From Candidatus Methylomirabilis oxygeniifera (lineage in GTDB: Bacteria > Methylomirabilota > Methylomirabilia > Methylomirabilales > Methylomirabilaceae): a stretch of 32,000 nt of DNA. Position numbers and translations under genes: made by a program. The notes under the pieces are model-generated. The model was not told where the DNA came from. It searched no databases and worked only from the letters and a program-made list of their open reading frames with translations. Position 1 is the first letter of the stretch; each line of letters begins with the position of its first letter. Positions 9,224 through 19,205 of this stretch are shown here, piece by piece. Location: positions 1,560,001-1,592,000 of the forward strand of contig FP565575.1 in the NCBI GenBank assembly GCA_000091165.1. Direction: 5' to 3'.

Positions 9224-11005
9224 CTAAAACTCCTCAAACGTGCCGTACGCCGCATCGGTTCCGGTGGCGGCTGCCACAACCTTGGGCGCGTCGCTCTTGT
9301 TGCCCCTCATCTTGCCTTTCAGGGGCACGACCTTGCTCTTCGGTTCCGGACTGACGGCTGATGACTGAGAGCCGACCGCTGCCTCTTGCGCCAACTTAAA
9401 CTGCGCCACCTGAGCCGACAGCTCTTCGGCCTGCGCTGCCAACGACTGCGCGGTCGAGCTGAGTTGTTCGGTCTGGGCGGCGTTGCTCTGAGTGACCGAA
9501 TCCATCTGAGTGACGGCCTGATTGACCTGCTCGATCCCCTGGGCCTGCTCCTGCGAGGCGGCCGAGATCTCAGCGATGAGGTCGGCCACCTTCTTGACGG
9601 AGGCCATGATCTCGGTCAGGGTGTCGCCGGACTGATGGACCAGTCTGGCCCCGTCTTCGACCTTTGCCATCGAGTCGGTGATCAGCGCCTTGATCTCCTT
9701 GGAGGCGGCGGCGGACCGCTGAGCAAGCGCCCGGACCTCGCTGGCCACCACGGCAAAGCCCCGGCCCTGCTCCCCGGCGCGGGCCGCTTCGACGGCGGCA
9801 TTCAGCGCCAGCAGGTTGGTCTGGAAGGCGATCTCGTCGATCGTGGTGATGATGGCGGCAATCTGCTTAGATGATTGGGTGATCGCCTCCATCGAGGCCA
9901 CGGCCTCCCGGACCACCGCACCACCCTGCTCGGCCCCGTTCCTGGCGCTGACCGCCATCTGGTTGGCCTGGCGAGCGTTGTCGGCGTTCTGCTTGATGGT
10001 GGAGGTTATCTGCTCCAGAGAGGCGGCGGTCTCTTCGAGGGAGGATGCCTGTTCCTGGGCGCCGCTGGAGAGCTCCTCGCTACCGGCAGCGAGTTGCTGG
10101 GAGGCAACGGCGGAGGAGGAGGCCGCCGCCGACACTTGGTGTAATAACGGATTCAAGGTATCCAGCGAACCGTTAAGCGCCGAGGCGATCAGGCCCAGCT
10201 CATCACCCGAGCGCACCTGCGTGCGCTGCGAGAGATCGCCATCAGCCATCCCGCGGATCACGGGGAGTAGGCTGGCCGCCGGACGCTGCACGGAGGCGCG
10301 GACGATCAGGGCCACACCTACCCACAGACCGACCAGCACGACCGCCAGACTACCGATGGCGCCCCAGGCGCTCTTTGTGGCCGCGGCGAAGGCGGCTGCC
10401 AACGGGATCTGCACGACCAGCCCCCCCATCACGTCACCCAGCTTGAAATCTTTCTTGGGGCTGCCCGGATGGGCGTTGTGACAGTCGGCACAGGCTTGCG
10501 CGGTCACGACATCCGGGACGAAGAAATGAAGCCATGGTGCGCCGTCCGCCCACCTGATCTCGGCTGGCTTGGCCTTCTGATCCTTGACGAGTTGCTCCAG
10601 AACACCTCGTTCGAACTCATTTCGAGGCCCTTTCGCCTTGTTGATGGGCCACAGGCTCAGCAGGTCAATCTTGTAGAGCCCTTGCTCGTTGATCCGTGCC
10701 GATACCTCGTTCACGAAGGTCGCCGGAAGCGGGATCCATCCCTTTTCATCGCGGTTCTGCACGGTATCCGGCTTCACCTCAAAGCCGTCCTTTCGCAGTT
10801 TGGCGACTACCTGGGTGTTATAGTAGATGCGGTTTTCGGCCACCTGCAAGGCAATGGCCTGCGCGGTCTGCCTGGCCTGGGATTCAACGGCCTGTACGGC
10901 TTGAGTATAGATGTAGTACGCACCACCCGCACACAGCAGTACGACCACTACACCAAAGGGTACCAGAATCTTGGTGCCGATCTTCCAGTTCGCGTATCTC
11001 TTCAT
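9224..11005 (-). CDS. Methyl-accepting chemotaxis protein with periplasmic c-type-heme (CxxCH, DUF3365/Tll0287-like) sensor domain, HAMP and signalling domain
   Basis: ORF to 11125, likely start [24 protein letters not shown]; sensor [32 protein letters not shown]; HAMP; hairpin tip [43 protein letters not shown]; C-terminal GTFEEF. Confidence 0.93.
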   Translation of the reverse strand: MKRYANWKIGTKILVPFGVVVVLLCAGGAYYIYTQAVQAVESQARQTAQAIALQVAENRIYYNTQVVAKLRKDGFEVKPDTVQNRDEKGWIPLPATFVNEVSARINEQGLYKIDLLSLWPINKAKGPRNEFERGVLEQLVKDQKAKPAEIRWADGAPWLHFFVPDVVTAQACADCHNAHPGSPKKDFKLGDVMGGLVVQIPLAAAFAAATKSAWGAIGSLAVVLVGLWVGVALIVRASVQRPAASLLPVIRGMADGDLSQRTQVRSGDELGLIASALNGSLDTLNPLLHQVSAAASSSAVASQQLAAGSEELSSGAQEQASSLEETAASLEQITSTIKQNADNARQANQMAVSARNGAEQGGAVVREAVASMEAITQSSKQIAAIITTIDEIAFQTNLLALNAAVEAARAGEQGRGFAVVASEVRALAQRSAAASKEIKALITDSMAKVEDGARLVHQSGDTLTEIMASVKKVADLIAEISAASQEQAQGIEQVNQAVTQMDSVTQSNAAQTEQLSSTAQSLAAQAEELSAQVAQFKLAQEAAVGSQSSAVSPEPKSKVVPLKGKMRGNKSDAPKVVAAATGTDAAYGTFEEF

Positions 11006-11173
11006 CTCTCCTCCTTGGAGCCGTTCCGCGCTCCACGCACTCCATCCTGTCTGTTTGCGCGCGGTGGTGTGTGCCGCATCGACAACACCAATCCGCATCT
11101 CGTACTCCTCACACGTGCCGTACACTGCATTGGTTCCGGTGGCCTCCGCATTCCGCCATCCTGATATCCTCTC

Positions 11174-12988
11174 TCAGGCCGCGATACGTAGCGTCTCTCG
11201 TCCGGATGCCAACCGGATCAATCCCGGGATGTCCAGGATCATCGCTATCCGGCCGTCACCCATGATGGTGGCCCCTGACACGCCGGGAACCTTGCGGTAA
11301 TTGGTCTCCAAACTCTTAATCACCACCTGCTGTTGTCCCAGCAGTTCGTCCACTAAGAGGGCCACCCTCCGGCCTTCCCGCTCAACGATAACGAGCAAAC
11401 CATGGGTCGGATCGGTCACCTTTGAAATCACATCAAACAGTTCATAGAGGCGAATAATCGGTAGGGCCTGACCCCGGACGCTGACGACCTCGCCACAGCC
11501 GACCACGCTGCTCAGATCCACCGGCTTCGGCCGGATCGATTCGGTGATTGAGACCAGGGGGATAATGTAAACCTCGTCACCAAGTTGGATCGACAGACCG
11601 TCCATGATCGCCAGAGTAAGCGGAAGCGTAATCGTGAACCGGGTCCCGCGGCCAACTTCGGTCGTGATGGCGATCGACCCTCCCAGCCCTTCAATGTTCC
11701 GCACCACAACGTCCATCCCTACCCCGCGGCCGGATACGTCGGTCACCTGTTCCGCAGTCGAGAAACCGGGTCGGAAGATCAGCCGGTGCACCTGGTCGTC
11801 GCTGAGCGACTCATCCTCGCCGATGAGGCCTTGCTCAACAGCCTTCCTGAGAATCTTTGATTTATCGAGACCGCGACCGTCATCCGCCACTTCAATGAAG
11901 ATGCTGCCGCCCTGATGGTAGGCATCGAGCAGGATCCTGCCCTCCGCGGGCTTCCCCTGGGCCAACCGTCGGTCCGGAGGCTCAATCCCATGATCGACCG
12001 CATTACGGATCAGGTGGGTCATCGGATCACTGATTCGCTCAATAACGGTCTTATCCAGTTCGGTCTCCTCACCCTTGATCTGGAGGGTCACCGCTTTCCC
12101 GCACTCCTTCGCCAGATCGCGCACCACTCTGGGAAATCGCCTGAATACGGTGCCGACCGGCAGCATCCGGACGGCCATGACTCGCTCTTGCAGCTCCCGC
12201 AGATTCCGATCCATCTGACCGACCGCTCCCTCCAACAACGTAGCCCGCCCCGGGCCGAAGGCGGCTACGGTCTGGTTGATGATCGATTGGGTGATGACCA
12301 GTTCGCCGACCAGATTGATCAGCTTATCTACCTTGTCGGTGCTGACGCGAATCGTCGAGGAGTCCTGCTTGTGCTGTAACTCCACCTGTTGACCGAGGGC
12401 TCGCGCAACGTGCAACGGACTCGCCGCCCGGTCCTCCACCAGGATTTCGCCGACCTTTTTGTGCTTACGAAGAGCTTCTTCAAGTTGCGTTGTCGTAATC
12501 GCCTGCGCTTCGAGCAGCAGTTCGCCGATCTTAGGAACCTCTCCATCCGCGAGGATGCCTTGCGAACTTGCTTCAGGTACCGCCGGAATCGCTATGCGGC
12601 TGTCCTCTCTATGCGTCAGGAATGCGTGCAGCGCCAGCCTCAGCTCTTCGCCCTCTGTCTCATCGACCGGCTCGCCTTTTGCCGCGGCAAAGAGCCGCTT
12701 AATGACATCCGCGGATCGCAGGAGCAGATCGGCGGCGGGACGGGTAAGCGGTATTTCGCGCTTTCGGAGGCGGCCGAGAAGATCTTCCACGTTGTGCGCC
12801 ACCGCCGCGATCCGATCAAATCCCAACATCGCGCTGTTACCCTTGATGGTGTGGATGGCGCGGAAACTCCTATTCAGGAGCTCCTGATCGTCAGGATTGG
12901 TCTCCAGTTGCAAGAGACACTCCTCAAACTCGGCCAGCAATTCAGCCGACTCCTCAAAGAACCCTTGCAGGAGATCATCGTCTTCCAT
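11174..12988 (-). CDS. cheA: Chemotaxis histidine kinase CheA
   Basis: 604 aa; Hpt FRAIHTIKGNSAMLGF; dimerisation/kinase DKLINLVGELVITQSI, HLIRNAVDHGIEPPDRRLAQGKP, VADDGRGLD, VSGRGVGMDVV; CheW-like C-terminal domain. Confidence 0.97.
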   Translation of the reverse strand: MEDDDLLQGFFEESAELLAEFEECLLQLETNPDDQELLNRSFRAIHTIKGNSAMLGFDRIAAVAHNVEDLLGRLRKREIPLTRPAADLLLRSADVIKRLFAAAKGEPVDETEGEELRLALHAFLTHREDSRIAIPAVPEASSQGILADGEVPKIGELLLEAQAITTTQLEEALRKHKKVGEILVEDRAASPLHVARALGQQVELQHKQDSSTIRVSTDKVDKLINLVGELVITQSIINQTVAAFGPGRATLLEGAVGQMDRNLRELQERVMAVRMLPVGTVFRRFPRVVRDLAKECGKAVTLQIKGEETELDKTVIERISDPMTHLIRNAVDHGIEPPDRRLAQGKPAEGRILLDAYHQGGSIFIEVADDGRGLDKSKILRKAVEQGLIGEDESLSDDQVHRLIFRPGFSTAEQVTDVSGRGVGMDVVVRNIEGLGGSIAITTEVGRGTRFTITLPLTLAIMDGLSIQLGDEVYIIPLVSITESIRPKPVDLSSVVGCGEVVSVRGQALPIIRLYELFDVISKVTDPTHGLLVIVEREGRRVALLVDELLGQQQVVIKSLETNYRKVPGVSGATIMGDGRIAMILDIPGLIRLASGRETLRIAA

Positions 12989-13010
12989 GCTGCGCCTCCT
13001 TCGCCTTGGC

Positions 13011-13394
13011 CTATCCCGCCTGGAGCGGCAGAACCTTGGTAATGACCTGCCGAAGCTGCTGTGGGTTGAACGGCTTGACGATCCAGCCGGTCGCCCCAGC
13101 CGCCTTGCCCGCCTGCTTCATCGCGGCGTCGCACTCGGTCGTCAGAATCAGGACGGGGGTAGACTTGTTGGTTGGCCGTCGACGGATTTCCTTCACAAGG
13201 GTGATGCCGTCCATGATCGGCATATTCATGTCGGTAATGATCACGTCCACCGAGTGCCGATCGAGCGCGACGAGAGCATCCCGCCCATTTGCAGCCTCGA
13301 TCACGTCATGTCCCCCATCCGTCAACGCAGACCGAATAATCCCCCGCATCGAGTTCGAATCGTCGACGATTAAGATCCGCTTTGTCATTCTCAC
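13011..13394 (-). CDS. cheY: CheY-like single-domain response regulator
   Basis: 127 aa; MTKRILIVDDSNSMRGIIRSAL...VDVIITDMNMPIMDGITLVKEIR...GWIVKPFNPQQL; strong ribosome-binding site (GGAGGTGAG) just upstream. Confidence 0.9.
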   Translation of the reverse strand: MRMTKRILIVDDSNSMRGIIRSALTDGGHDVIEAANGRDALVALDRHSVDVIITDMNMPIMDGITLVKEIRRRPTNKSTPVLILTTECDAAMKQAGKAAGATGWIVKPFNPQQLRQVITKVLPLQAG

Positions 13395-13646
13395 CTCCTA
13401 GCCTCATTCAGCCGGAAAGGAAGCCCGAAAGATAGACCGATGTTTCCGCTCCTGTCGGCTTTTACTCAGGCCATAAGCACCTCGTCTCGTTCCCAGTTAT
13501 CGGCAGCCGTGACCCCATACTTGAGCCTTTTCGCCGAACCGAGACGCACGTCCTTCACGCCGCGTTAAAAACCGGTCATACGATGTAAGAGACCTGCCGA
13601 TAGGATGGGATATGAAGAGAGGTATCAATGGGAGGGATAAATCATT

Positions 13647-14417
13647 ATGAAGACGATTCAGGAACAGCCGGGGACAGGAACAGCCGTGGGACCGAATCAG
13701 GTCGGACTACCCACACACACCGATACAGCGGTCAGTCACCGGCAATCGACTGACGGCTGTCAGCTCAAGGCTGCTGTTCTTGGGCAGGCTCACTGGACAG
13801 CGGTAGGTAAACTTACGCCCGGACTCATTCATGAGATTAACAACGCTCTGTGCGTGATCGGCAACTATGTTCAGCTCCTAATGCTCCAACGAGAGCATCG
13901 CGGTCAGGAAATCTTGAAGTCGCTTACTACGATGAGCGCCACTGTCGAGCGCGTTCAGACCCTCACCCACCGTGTGGCGGCGTATGCGAGAGTGAAGGCA
14001 CAACCATCTTCTTCTATCCGAGTACACGAGCTGCTTGAGGAAGCACTAGCCCTCGCGAGTCTACAGAGATTGTTTCGAGAGTTCCAGGTCCACAGAGCGT
14101 TCAGCGACAACCTGCCTGAAGTCCGAGGCGATCCCAGGTCGCTAATGGACGCTTTCGTCGAGCTGTTGACTATCGACAGCCATGCCGTCGCACGAGGGGG
14201 CATAGTCACCATCTCGACACGATCGGCGCCGGGCTGGGTTACGGTGACTCTCGGCGGATCGGACCACGCATGGTCATGCTCGAAGGCGAGCCTGACCCTC
14301 GCCAGTCAGATCGTCGAACAACAGGCAGGCCGACTGCTGAGCGAGGCTGGTCCTGGACAGGCGAGGGAGAATATCTCAGTCTGGCTTCGCACATCCACTG
14401 ATACAGGTGCGGCGTAA
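13647..14417 (+). CDS. Degenerate sensor-histidine-kinase-like protein
   Basis: 256 aa; H-box-like VGKLTPGLIHEINNALCVIGNYVQLL; the ATPase-like C-terminus lacks recognisable N and G1 boxes. Confidence 0.65.
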   Translation: MKTIQEQPGTGTAVGPNQVGLPTHTDTAVSHRQSTDGCQLKAAVLGQAHWTAVGKLTPGLIHEINNALCVIGNYVQLLMLQREHRGQEILKSLTTMSATVERVQTLTHRVAAYARVKAQPSSSIRVHELLEEALALASLQRLFREFQVHRAFSDNLPEVRGDPRSLMDAFVELLTIDSHAVARGGIVTISTRSAPGWVTVTLGGSDHAWSCSKASLTLASQIVEQQAGRLLSEAGPGQARENISVWLRTSTDTGAA

Positions 14418-14450
14418 GTAGCCTGGAGAATAGATCCGGCCCTGAGCCAC

Positions 14451-17400
14451 TCAGGGGGACTCAGGTCCGCATCTGTCTACGCGCGCTAGAGCCTGACTCA
14501 ACGCCTCCAGAAGCGCATGACGTGTGTAGGGCTTGGCTACCACAACGTCTACACCACTCGTCGCGAGCTGGGCTGGTTCCAACTGATCCCCCCATCCAGT
14601 GACCATGATCACGGGAAGCTCGGGGTGGGACACGCGCGATACTCGAGCCACCTCCCAGCCCGACATTCCCGCCATCCCGAGGTCGGTGATGAGGAGATCG
14701 AAGCGCTCGGCCTCCAAGCGCGCGAGGCCGGCCTCACCGCTTGTTGCCACAACTGCCTCATACCCAAAAAGTCTCAACAGATCGGCTAGCGTCTCGCCCA
14801 GCAGCGGCTCGTCGTCGATCACGAGCAGACGTAGATGGCTCGGCAACTGCGGGAGTGGGGGGGCGGGAGCGGATGACTCCGACCAGCCCTCTTGCGCCAC
14901 CGGCAGACGGAGGATGACGCTGGTCCCCCGCCCCTCCATGCTCGTGATATGAGTCTCACCCCCATGGCGTCGTACAATCCCCTGGACCATGCTGAGCCCG
15001 AGGCCGGTCCCCTGGACACCCTTCGTGGTAAAGAATGGCTCAAAGAGACGTGCTTTCACGGACTGAGACATCCCAACGCCGGTATCGGACACCGTAAGGT
15101 CTACCCACTCGCGCTCGTCCGGAGGCCCCTGGGACAACGTCGGCACTTCAGGGTGTTCGGTCTGAGGTGTACGACTCGTACTGATCGTCACCGTACCGCC
15201 CTGCAGCATCGCGTCCATCGCGTTGAAAATAAGGTTCGTAAGCGCCTCCCGTAACTCCGCCGCATTCCCCAGAACCGGCGGCACATCGCCTAGCTCCAGC
15301 GCCATCATGACCCGGAGTCCCTGGGCCTCAGCCTGATCCTTCCATCTGGGCCGCGTAGTCTCGAGAACCTGCGCGACGACCTCGTTGAGCGACACCGGCG
15401 CGAAAATCTCCCCACCGCGAGGTCGGGTCGCCTCACGAATCTTCCGCACGATGTCGGCGCCGTCGAGCGCCGCTTGCTCCAATAGGCGCAGGTTCCGACG
15501 GAGTTCGTCTGGCGCGACCGCTCCCTGTCCCAGGTACGTCTGCAGCAGCAACACCTGTCCGAGAATACCGGTCAGAATGTTGTTGAAGTCGTGGGCAACC
15601 CCGGATGCCATCTGCCCCATGGCCCGAAGTCGTTCAGTTTCAATGAGGGTGGCTTGGGCGCTCTTGAGCCCAGCGGTAGCTGTTTTCGCCGCTTCGTAGA
15701 GGCGTGCGTTCTCGATGGCCATGGCCAACTGTTCGCTCAGAGGTATCAGGAGATTCAGCTCGTGCTCCCCGTAGCGACAGGACTCAACGCTTGCCATGCA
15801 GAGGACGCCGATTACCTGCCCTTTGCTGATCAGCGGGAGGCGAACACAGGAACGGATCGCCGTCTGCAGAAGGGCCTCGTCCTCTCTGAACTGCCGCGTC
15901 TCCGCGAGATCCGACTCAATATGGGGTTGAGGCTGTACCAGCATCCACTGGATATCGGTTCTCTCCGCCCTTGATGCGATGCGCTCTCGGTGGATCGGTT
16001 GATCGATAGAGAGTTTCAGCACTCGGAGCCCTGCGTCTTTGTCATCCGGTACAACGACCTCCATCCGATCGTATGGAATAAGCCGCTTGACCTCCCTCGC
16101 GAAGCTCTGGTAGATGCTCTCGAGATCGAGGGAAGAGCTGACAACCTTACTCAGCCGGTTAAGAGCATCCAACCGATCCGCACGCTCTTCCAGGCGGATG
16201 TTCAACTCCCGAACCACAGCCTCCGCCTGTTTACGGTCGGTAATATCCTGCTTAATGGCAACGAACCCGAGAATCTCTCCATGCTCATCCCGCACCGGGG
16301 TAATGGTCTGCTCCTCGGTGTAGAGACCTCCGTCCTTGCGCTTGTTGATGATCTCCCCATACCAGACCCGCCCGGCGAGGATTGTCTCCCACAAGCGCCG
16401 ATACACCTCCTGACCGTGTTTGCCGGACTTGAGCAGGCGCAGATTCTGGCCAATGACCTCTTCGTCAGTATAGCCGGTAAGCCGGGTAAAAGCGGGATTA
16501 GCCCAGACAACTCTACCCAGCAAATCGCAAATGACCATGCTGTTCGCGGCCGCTTGCAGGGCGGCAGCCTGGATCAGCAGGCTGTGTTGTGCCTGCTGGA
16601 CCTGTGCCATGCTGTCCTGAAAACTCTCCAGCGTCTGGTTTAAGGCGGTCCCCATCCGGGCGAGTCGATCCTCGCCGGTTACACGCACTCGGAGCGTAAG
16701 ATCTCCGCTGGCCCCCTTAGTCAAAACCGCCATGGCTTGCCCCACGCTGTCCTCGAGGCGCGCCAGCATCTGGTCAATCGCCGTTCCCATCTGGCCCAAG
16801 TCATCCTCGGTCCGCAGATCGACGCGCGCGGCGAAGTCCCCGATCGCCGCCTGCTCGGTAACGGCTACAACCCGCTTAATTGCTTTGGCGATCAGACTTG
16901 CGATGAAATACCCGAGCGCCAGACCAATCAGCAAGCCACCCACAACGAAGCTGAGCATCAGAATTCTCGAGCGGTTGTAGATAGCTTGGGCCTCGTCATA
17001 GCGGCCCTTGGCGACATTGTCCTTGAGGTCGATGAGGGCATCGACCGCCGACACCGAGGCTTGATAACGGTCCCTGCCCTTGTTTAAGACGAAATTGTAC
17101 GCCTCCTCCTTCTTGCCCTGACTGCTCGTTGGCAGAAAGTCGTCGGCAAAATACGTCTTGTACGCGGCGACTGCCGCTTTGAATACATCAAGCGCCTCCT
17201 GTTCCTGCCGGACAAGTCGCATCTGTCCAACCCACCCGATCCGCTCCTCGACAAATCTGTAACCGTCCCATATCTGCGCGGCAAGTTGGTTCATCTTGGC
17301 GGGGTCATGTTCGATCGCATGTTGGAGAATCCAGCCGCGAATCTGGTGAGTCCGCCCGCGAGCTTCGGCGATGGCCCTGATGGCGAGGAGATGCTGCTCG

Positions 17401-17537
17401 TAAACCTCCTGTACGCCGGCATTAATAATTCCCATATTACGGATGCCGAGATAGCCGACACCGATCGTGATAACGCCCACCAGGGCGAAACCGATCGTGA
17501 GTTTGGTTACCGTCTTAAGATTTCTGAACCACTGCAT
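14451..17537 (-). CDS. Hybrid sensor histidine kinase (4HB/TM, HAMP, PAS, GAF, HisKA, HATPase, receiver)
   Basis: 1028 aa; VGVITIGVGYLGIRNMG..., PAS (VICDLLGRVVWANPAFTRLTGYTDEEVIGQ), GAF (LIPLSEQLAMAIENARLYE), MASGVAHDFNNILTGI, DTGVGMSQ..., GTGLGLSMVQGI, REC LRLLVIDDEPLLGETLADLL. Confidence 0.93.
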   Translation of the reverse strand: MQWFRNLKTVTKLTIGFALVGVITIGVGYLGIRNMGIINAGVQEVYEQHLLAIRAIAEARGRTHQIRGWILQHAIEHDPAKMNQLAAQIWDGYRFVEERIGWVGQMRLVRQEQEALDVFKAAVAAYKTYFADDFLPTSSQGKKEEAYNFVLNKGRDRYQASVSAVDALIDLKDNVAKGRYDEAQAIYNRSRILMLSFVVGGLLIGLALGYFIASLIAKAIKRVVAVTEQAAIGDFAARVDLRTEDDLGQMGTAIDQMLARLEDSVGQAMAVLTKGASGDLTLRVRVTGEDRLARMGTALNQTLESFQDSMAQVQQAQHSLLIQAAALQAAANSMVICDLLGRVVWANPAFTRLTGYTDEEVIGQNLRLLKSGKHGQEVYRRLWETILAGRVWYGEIINKRKDGGLYTEEQTITPVRDEHGEILGFVAIKQDITDRKQAEAVVRELNIRLEERADRLDALNRLSKVVSSSLDLESIYQSFAREVKRLIPYDRMEVVVPDDKDAGLRVLKLSIDQPIHRERIASRAERTDIQWMLVQPQPHIESDLAETRQFREDEALLQTAIRSCVRLPLISKGQVIGVLCMASVESCRYGEHELNLLIPLSEQLAMAIENARLYEAAKTATAGLKSAQATLIETERLRAMGQMASGVAHDFNNILTGILGQVLLLQTYLGQGAVAPDELRRNLRLLEQAALDGADIVRKIREATRPRGGEIFAPVSLNEVVAQVLETTRPRWKDQAEAQGLRVMMALELGDVPPVLGNAAELREALTNLIFNAMDAMLQGGTVTISTSRTPQTEHPEVPTLSQGPPDEREWVDLTVSDTGVGMSQSVKARLFEPFFTTKGVQGTGLGLSMVQGIVRRHGGETHITSMEGRGTSVILRLPVAQEGWSESSAPAPPLPQLPSHLRLLVIDDEPLLGETLADLLRLFGYEAVVATSGEAGLARLEAERFDLLITDLGMAGMSGWEVARVSRVSHPELPVIMVTGWGDQLEPAQLATSGVDVVVAKPYTRHALLEALSQALARVDRCGPESP

Positions 17538-17598
17538 AGCTATTTTTTGGAATGAAGGAAAAGCCTGAGGCGGGAGGAGCAGGTGCGACGAAGATAAG

Positions 17599-17674
<76 letters not shown>

Positions 17675-17793
17675 CACAAAAGTAAAGCATGGAGAGCGTG
17701 GAGTGCTGGTATCATTTTACCTTGTCTTCTGGCGCCAGTCTCTTCGCTGTCCCACTAAACCCTGGACTCTCTACCCTAAACCCTCTATTTTCG

Positions 17794-17870
17794 TGGCGCG
17801 CCCAGGGAGACTCGAACTCCCGACCTACTGCTTAGAAGGCAGCCGCTCTATCCGGCTGAGCTATGGGCGC
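17794..17870 (-). tRNA. tRNA-Arg (TCT)
   Basis: GCGCCCATAGCTCAGCCGG..., anticodon arm GCTGC-CTTCTAA-GCAGT, 3' TGGGCGCGCCA. Confidence 0.95.
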
Positions 17871-17876
17871 CTGGAA

Positions 17877-17966
17877 AAGCAGCTTTCAGCGATCAGCTTT
17901 CAGTAAAGTACGCAACGTATCGCCTGGTTTTTCCTGAACGCTGACCACTGATGGCTGATAGCTGTT
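17877..17966. repeat. Inter-tRNA repeat unit A
   Basis: agctttcagcgatcagctttcag...ggtttttcctgaacgctgaccactgatggctgatagctgt; shares ggtttttcctgaacgct (17926-17942) with unit B. Confidence 0.6.
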
Positions 17967-17970
17967 ATAG

Positions 17971-18047
<77 letters not shown>

Positions 18048-18050
18048 ACA

Positions 18051-18135
18051 AAAACAGCGATCAGTGATTTAGCATTCAGCAGAGGGCGAAAGTACCGCTC
18101 GGGTTTTTCCTGAACGCTAATAGCTGATGGCCGTC
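18051..18135. repeat. Inter-tRNA repeat unit B
   Basis: cagcgatcagtgatttagcattcag...gggtttttcctgaacgctaatagctgatggccgt; the 17-nt ggtttttcctgaacgct core at 18102-18118 is identical to unit A. Confidence 0.6.
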
Positions 18136-18139
18136 TTAA

Positions 18140-18215
18140 TGGGGTGAACGAAGGGACTCGAACCCTCAACCCCTGGAGCCACAGTCCAGTGCTCTGCCAT
18201 TGAGCTACGCTCACC
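18140..18215 (-). tRNA. tRNA-His (GTG)
   Basis: Anticodon arm CTGGA-CTGTGGC-TCCAG; encoded G-1 (GGTGAGCG) opposite C73 (CGTTCACCCCA), characteristic of tRNA-His. Confidence 0.95.
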
Positions 18216-18220
18216 ATAAC

Positions 18221-18256
18221 AATAGCCAGTAGCTGACAGCTGTTAGCTATCAGCTA
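18221..18256. repeat. Short TCAGC/GCTGA-rich repeat between tRNA-His and tRNA-Arg(CCG)
   Basis: aatagccagtagctgacagctgttagctatcagctat; self-complementary segments. Confidence 0.5.
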
Positions 18257-18261
18257 TTCTG

Positions 18262-18339
18262 TGGCGCGCCTGGCCCGATTTGAACGGGCGACACACGGCT
18301 CCGGAGGCCGTTGCTCTGTCCGGGCTGAGCTACAGGCGC
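18262..18339 (-). tRNA. tRNA-Arg (CCG)
   Basis: GCGCCTGTAGCTCAGCCCGG..., anticodon arm ACGGC-CTCCGGA-GCCGT, 3' CAGGCGCGCCA. Confidence 0.93.
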
Positions 18340-18442
18340 ATAAGTACAGGGTATAGGAGCTAGGATATAAAAGCCCACAAGTAAACCTCACTCTCCAATT
18401 ACCCTACACCCTAGACCCTCTACCCTAAACCCTCGTATGTCG

Positions 18443-18519
<77 letters not shown>

Positions 18520-18566
18520 CCGTGGATCTCTCCCAACTCTATCGCCGACATCGATCTTCGATCAGC

Positions 18567-19169
18567 TCACGTCGTAGCCGACGCCAGACGTTGTAGCAAC
18601 GGTTTTATGTCCAGGAGCGCCCGCGCACGATGGCTGATCCGATTTTTTACGTCCGGCTGAAGCGAGGCCATCGATGCGCCAAGGTCTGGAACGATAAAAA
18701 TTGGATCGTAGCCGAACCCACCATTGCCGCTAGGGGCCTCCGCGATCATCCCGTCACAACTCCCATAAGAAAGGGCCAGCTCTCCTCCAGGACCGGCCAC
18801 GGCCACCACGCACTGAAAACGAGCGCCACGCCGGGAGCACGGTATCCCTTCCAGTAGCTCAAGAATCCGCTGATTGCGCTCCAGATCCGTAGCCGTAGGG
18901 CCAAGGTAACGGCTTGAGCATACCCCGGGCTGTCCCTCAAGGGCGTCCACCTCGAGACCCGAATCGTCCGCAAGAACCCAGCAGCCGCTGAAGGCTGCAA
19001 CCGCCTTCGCCTTAGCCGCCGCGTTCTCAGCGTATGTGACACCCGCCTCATCAGGCGGGTTATACCCGCGAAGCGAGGCAAGCGGCAAAAAAGAAATCCT
19101 CAGATCGCTGAGGATAGTTACGACTTCCCGAAATTTTCCCGCGTTTGCCGTCGCTACAATCACCTGCAT
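18567..19169 (-). CDS. rdgB: XTP/dITP diphosphatase (RdgB/HAM1 family)
   Basis: ORF to 19196; likely start [20 protein letters not shown]; [27 protein letters not shown]; [15 protein letters not shown]. Confidence 0.93.
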   Translation of the reverse strand: MQVIVATANAGKFREVVTILSDLRISFLPLASLRGYNPPDEAGVTYAENAAAKAKAVAAFSGCWVLADDSGLEVDALEGQPGVCSSRYLGPTATDLERNQRILELLEGIPCSRRGARFQCVVAVAGPGGELALSYGSCDGMIAEAPSGNGGFGYDPIFIVPDLGASMASLQPDVKNRISHRARALLDIKPLLQRLASATT

Positions 19170-19205
19170 TCTAGAAACCTCATCCCCTGATGTCAAGCTG
19201 CATCT

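Noticed and set aside
11915-13401. Plus-strand ORFs of 131-217 aa
   Set aside because: Antisense to cheA and cheY with no recognisable domains; shadow ORFs.
15385-16643. Plus-strand ORFs of 104-217 aa
   Set aside because: Antisense to the hybrid kinase; shadow ORFs.
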